56,233 nt of DNA, from positions 62,001 through 118,233 of the forward strand of contig CAUYUJ010000101.1 in assembly GCA_963575745.1 (NCBI GenBank), in the 5' to 3' direction. Made by a program: the position numbers and the translations under genes. The notes beneath the pieces are model-generated. The model was given only the letters and a program-made list of their open reading frames with translations. It was not told the DNA's origin and did not search any database. Below, one piece after another: positions 53,100-56,233 of the stretch. Within the stretch, counting starts at the first letter, position 1, and every line of letters starts with the position of its first letter. Source of the DNA: Prorocentrum cordatum. Lineage: Eukaryota.

Positions 53100-53458
53100 T
53101 GGGGGATGGCGTCCGGTTCCAGCTTCGTTTCCAGCATCTCGCCGAACAACGACAGCGCCTGTTTCCATTGCCCTCCTTTCCGGCACATGCTGATCCCGGT
53201 GCTGTAACTGATGACGTTGGGTTCCGCCTTCATTTCAAACATCTCGTTGAGAAGCGACAGAGACTGCTGCCACTGACTCCCTTGACCACATGCACTGACA
53301 ACAACAATGTAGAGGTTGTGGCTGCCTCTCGTGCGTGACTGACATGCTTCCCGGAACAAGCGCAGCGCTGCGATCCACTCGCTGCTTCTCCCGTGTGCCT
53401 TGATGGCCGCTTTGAACGAAGAGGCGCCTCGCCCGGGTCCAAGCTGGCCATCTGACAT
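53100..53458 (-). pseudogene. PPR cassette F (3 more divergent repeats; gene fragment or pseudogene)
   Basis: SFKAAIKAHGRSSEWIAALRLF..VVVSACGQGSQWQQSLSLL..SYSTGISMCRKGGQWKQALSLFGEMLETKLEPDAI. Confidence 0.75.
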
Positions 53459-53545
53459 TCATCAGGGAAGATTATTCGGCGTCTCAGCGGCTCCCCAACA
53501 GCACATTACCCTCGCCCCCTCCCCTCATCACTTCCGCCTCACCCC

Positions 53546-53557
53546 AGCCAAAATGGC
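53546..53557 (-). other. possible second relic spliced-leader core
   Basis: GCCATTTTGGCT (12-nt DinoSL core) about 90 nt upstream of the PPR ORF starting at 53458. Confidence 0.35.
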
Positions 53558-55421
53558 CGAGCACCAACGAGCTAGGCCAGAACGGCTGCGGATTTACACC
53601 TCCGACGTCACGCCGCTCCCCGTATCATAGGGGGAGTTCTGGGTCTCTAGCGCGTGCCATTGGCCCGCGCTAGAGACCTAGAACTAAAAAATAAAAACAT
53701 GCATCTCTTGTGAGGGCGATGTTCACCTCTGCTGGCTTCCGCCGGCCTTTCGCCAGCTTCCGCCAGCGGTGGCGGCCTCGTGTTGCTTCCGCCGCCGTCC
53801 ACTGGCCCTCTGCCGCGCTTCGCCGAGGCAGACATGTAAACCTCTCGATCCCCCGAAGCCGAGGCCCTTGCTGGAACGCCCCCACGCAGGCTTGCCCAGG
53901 GGCGAGGGGGCCGTTGCACCCTCGATGCAGAGAAGCGCTCTCTGGCAACCCGCTCGTCGTGCCCTGGGGCGCGGATCCGCCGGAACCCTGTCTAGAAGAG
54001 GGAAAAGCCTGCAAAAGCATAAACTTTGTGGCACTCCGCGCGGATCTCTTGGAGCTGCGCTGGACCCCCAAGTTTATGTTTTTTGTCGCGTTTTCTTCTT
54101 CTTCGACTGCGGGTGTCTCCGGCAATTTCAAGCGTTTCGGCCCCTCCCCATGTGGCCGCCTTGGGGGCCTCCTCACCTCAGTCACAGCAGCCCATAGGAA
54201 ACCGAGAGCAGTGCTGCCGCAGTCCGGCCGGCAGGCAGCCTGTCCTCATCGACCCCTGGCCCGCCGAGGGGGAGTCCTCGGGAGCTGTGGGCTGCCCTGG
54301 CTTGGAGCACCCCCCGCGGGGAAGAGCGTTCCCCCTCTGATGACACGTACTGCTGGCACTTGCTGCTGATCGGTGGCAGTCGCTGCCGTGCGCTGCGGTG
54401 CCCTGGCAGGCATGCTGGCAGCCCCGCGGGGAGGAACGAGTGGGCCGCCTTGGTCAATTTGAAGACCATCTGGGCCCTAACCCTAACACCCCTACCCTGC
54501 CATCCCAGCACCAACACCCCTCCTCTGGCCCCATCGCCCAAGCACCCTCACCCTGACACATTGCCACCCTGACCCTCACCCCAATACATCCACACCCTGG
54601 AGGTGCATCCCCCACGGAACCCCCCCCGGAGGACGGAAGAGGGAGGAGGAACGATAAGGGCGGAGGGGGAGGAGGAGGAGGAGGAGGAGGAGGAGGAGAG
54701 GAGGAGGAGGAGGAGGAGGAGGAGGAGGAGGAGAGATGGAGGCGGAGGAAGCGGAGGAGCAGGAGGAGCAGCAAAGAGCCACCCCCCTCCACTGCGGCCG
54801 GCCACGCGCGCGCGGCTCCTCCTCCCACCACGCCCCGCCGCGCGGGTGCCTGAACGCGGGCGTGGCGGGGCTCTCCGCGCCTCGGCCGGCCGCGTCGGCA
54901 ACCCCCCCCCCCCCTCCGCCGCCCCCCCCCCGTGGCCCGACCCTGCGCAGCGGGCGGGCGCACACGCCAAGGCAGCCCCCGAGCACTGCCTGCATTTCGA
55001 GGGCCGCACTTGCGTTGCGGAGGAATTTTTTTGCCCAAGCAATCCTCGCGGCCATGCTGGGTGAATATATCCTCTGGTCTGATGTGGTCTGATCACAACG
55101 AGAACTGACCCCTTCCCCGGGATCGGCTTCTCATCCTGGGCCGTGCTCTGACGGTCCCGGGGCCCGGCGAGGGCCCCCGAGGACGGAAAATAGTAAAAAA
55201 CTTGCCGTCCTGATCGTTTAACGACGCGACCATGTCTGGGACGACAGCGGGAACATCTTCCCCCCGGACTGGCGCAGGCAAAAGCCCCGCCACCGCGCGC
55301 CGGGGCCCGAGGCCCCCGCCAGGCCCACCCGCACCGGCGTCCAGGGCGCCGCCCGCGCGCAGCCACGGGGGCGGCGCGTCCTGCCGGAGGAGCGCCGCAG
55401 GCGCCGAGGTCGATGCCGCGG

Positions 55422-55422
<1 letters not shown>

Positions 55423-55486
<64 letters not shown>

Positions 55487-55495
55487 CGACGACAA

Positions 55496-55536
<41 letters not shown>

Positions 55537-55846
55537 AAGCGACGACGCCGAGCAACGAGGACGACCAGGTCGACGACGATAATCGCATCGAAGAGGTCGA
55601 GGTCGGCGACGACAAACGAGGTCGACAACGACGAAGACGGTGACGACGACGGAGACGAAGACAAAGCCGAAGACAACGACGACGACGATGACGAGAATGA
55701 CAAAAACAAAGACAAAAACAAAGACAAAGACAAAGACAAGACGACGACGAAAAAGACGCCAAAGACGCAAAGACGACACGGACGAGAAAGACAACAAAGA
55801 CGATAAATACGATGACGACGAAGACGACGACGACGACGACGACGAG

Positions 55847-55910
<64 letters not shown>

Positions 55911-55970
55911 ACGACGACGACGACGGCGACGGCGACGGCAACGGCGACGGCGACGGCGACGACGACGACA
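55423..55970. repeat. (GAC)n microsatellite field
   Basis: Directly visible. Confidence 0.9.
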
Positions 55971-56233
55971 AAGACCTGCAAAAGCCGTGTCCTGCCAGGG
56001 CGCCTTGCCCGCCTTGCCTGCGGGCAAGCAAGAAATCATCTGCGGCCCCCGGGCCTCTGCGCGGGCCCCCCTCCGGGGCGGGTGGACGCGGCATCTGCTG
56101 CCCGGGCGACGGGCTGACTGGTGCCAGAGGTGCCCCTGGCCCAAGGCGTCCACAAAAGGGCCAGGTTGGCCCAGGTGGCCTCCAGAGCACCACCCCTCAG
56201 ATCCTCCTCCTCCTCCTCCTCCTCCTCCTCCTC

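Noticed and set aside
54476..54495. Telomere-like CCCTAACCCTAA
   Set aside because: Only two perfect units, too short to call an interstitial telomere.

Overview
This is GC-rich eukaryotic nuclear DNA, most likely from a dinoflagellate. The inference rests on a relic dinoflagellate spliced leader, GC/GA splice donors, AG|G junctions, all recognisable non-transposon coding pieces lying on one strand, and dinoflagellate-style PPR motifs. About half of the window is trinucleotide microsatellite (CAT, GAC, CCT/GGA, TAC), and most of the ORF track is an artefact of these tracts. By hand I reconstruct one complete 11-exon minus-strand gene (30896->8290, about 438 aa). It encodes a TauD/TfdA-type Fe(II)/2-oxoglutarate dioxygenase with a probable plastid-targeting presequence, and a relic spliced leader lies just upstream. 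Most of its introns are bounded by a short direct repeat plus mutually complementary ends (introner-like). At least two introns give the family-consensus protein only if spliced without an AG acceptor, and intron 9 is itself a copy of a dispersed repeat. The window also holds a decayed L1-like RT, a CRE-type LINE 3' fragment, several MITE/foldback families, minisatellites, and six minus-strand PPR cassettes that share non-coding termini and look like a mobile repeat. All alignments were done by eye; no searches were run.
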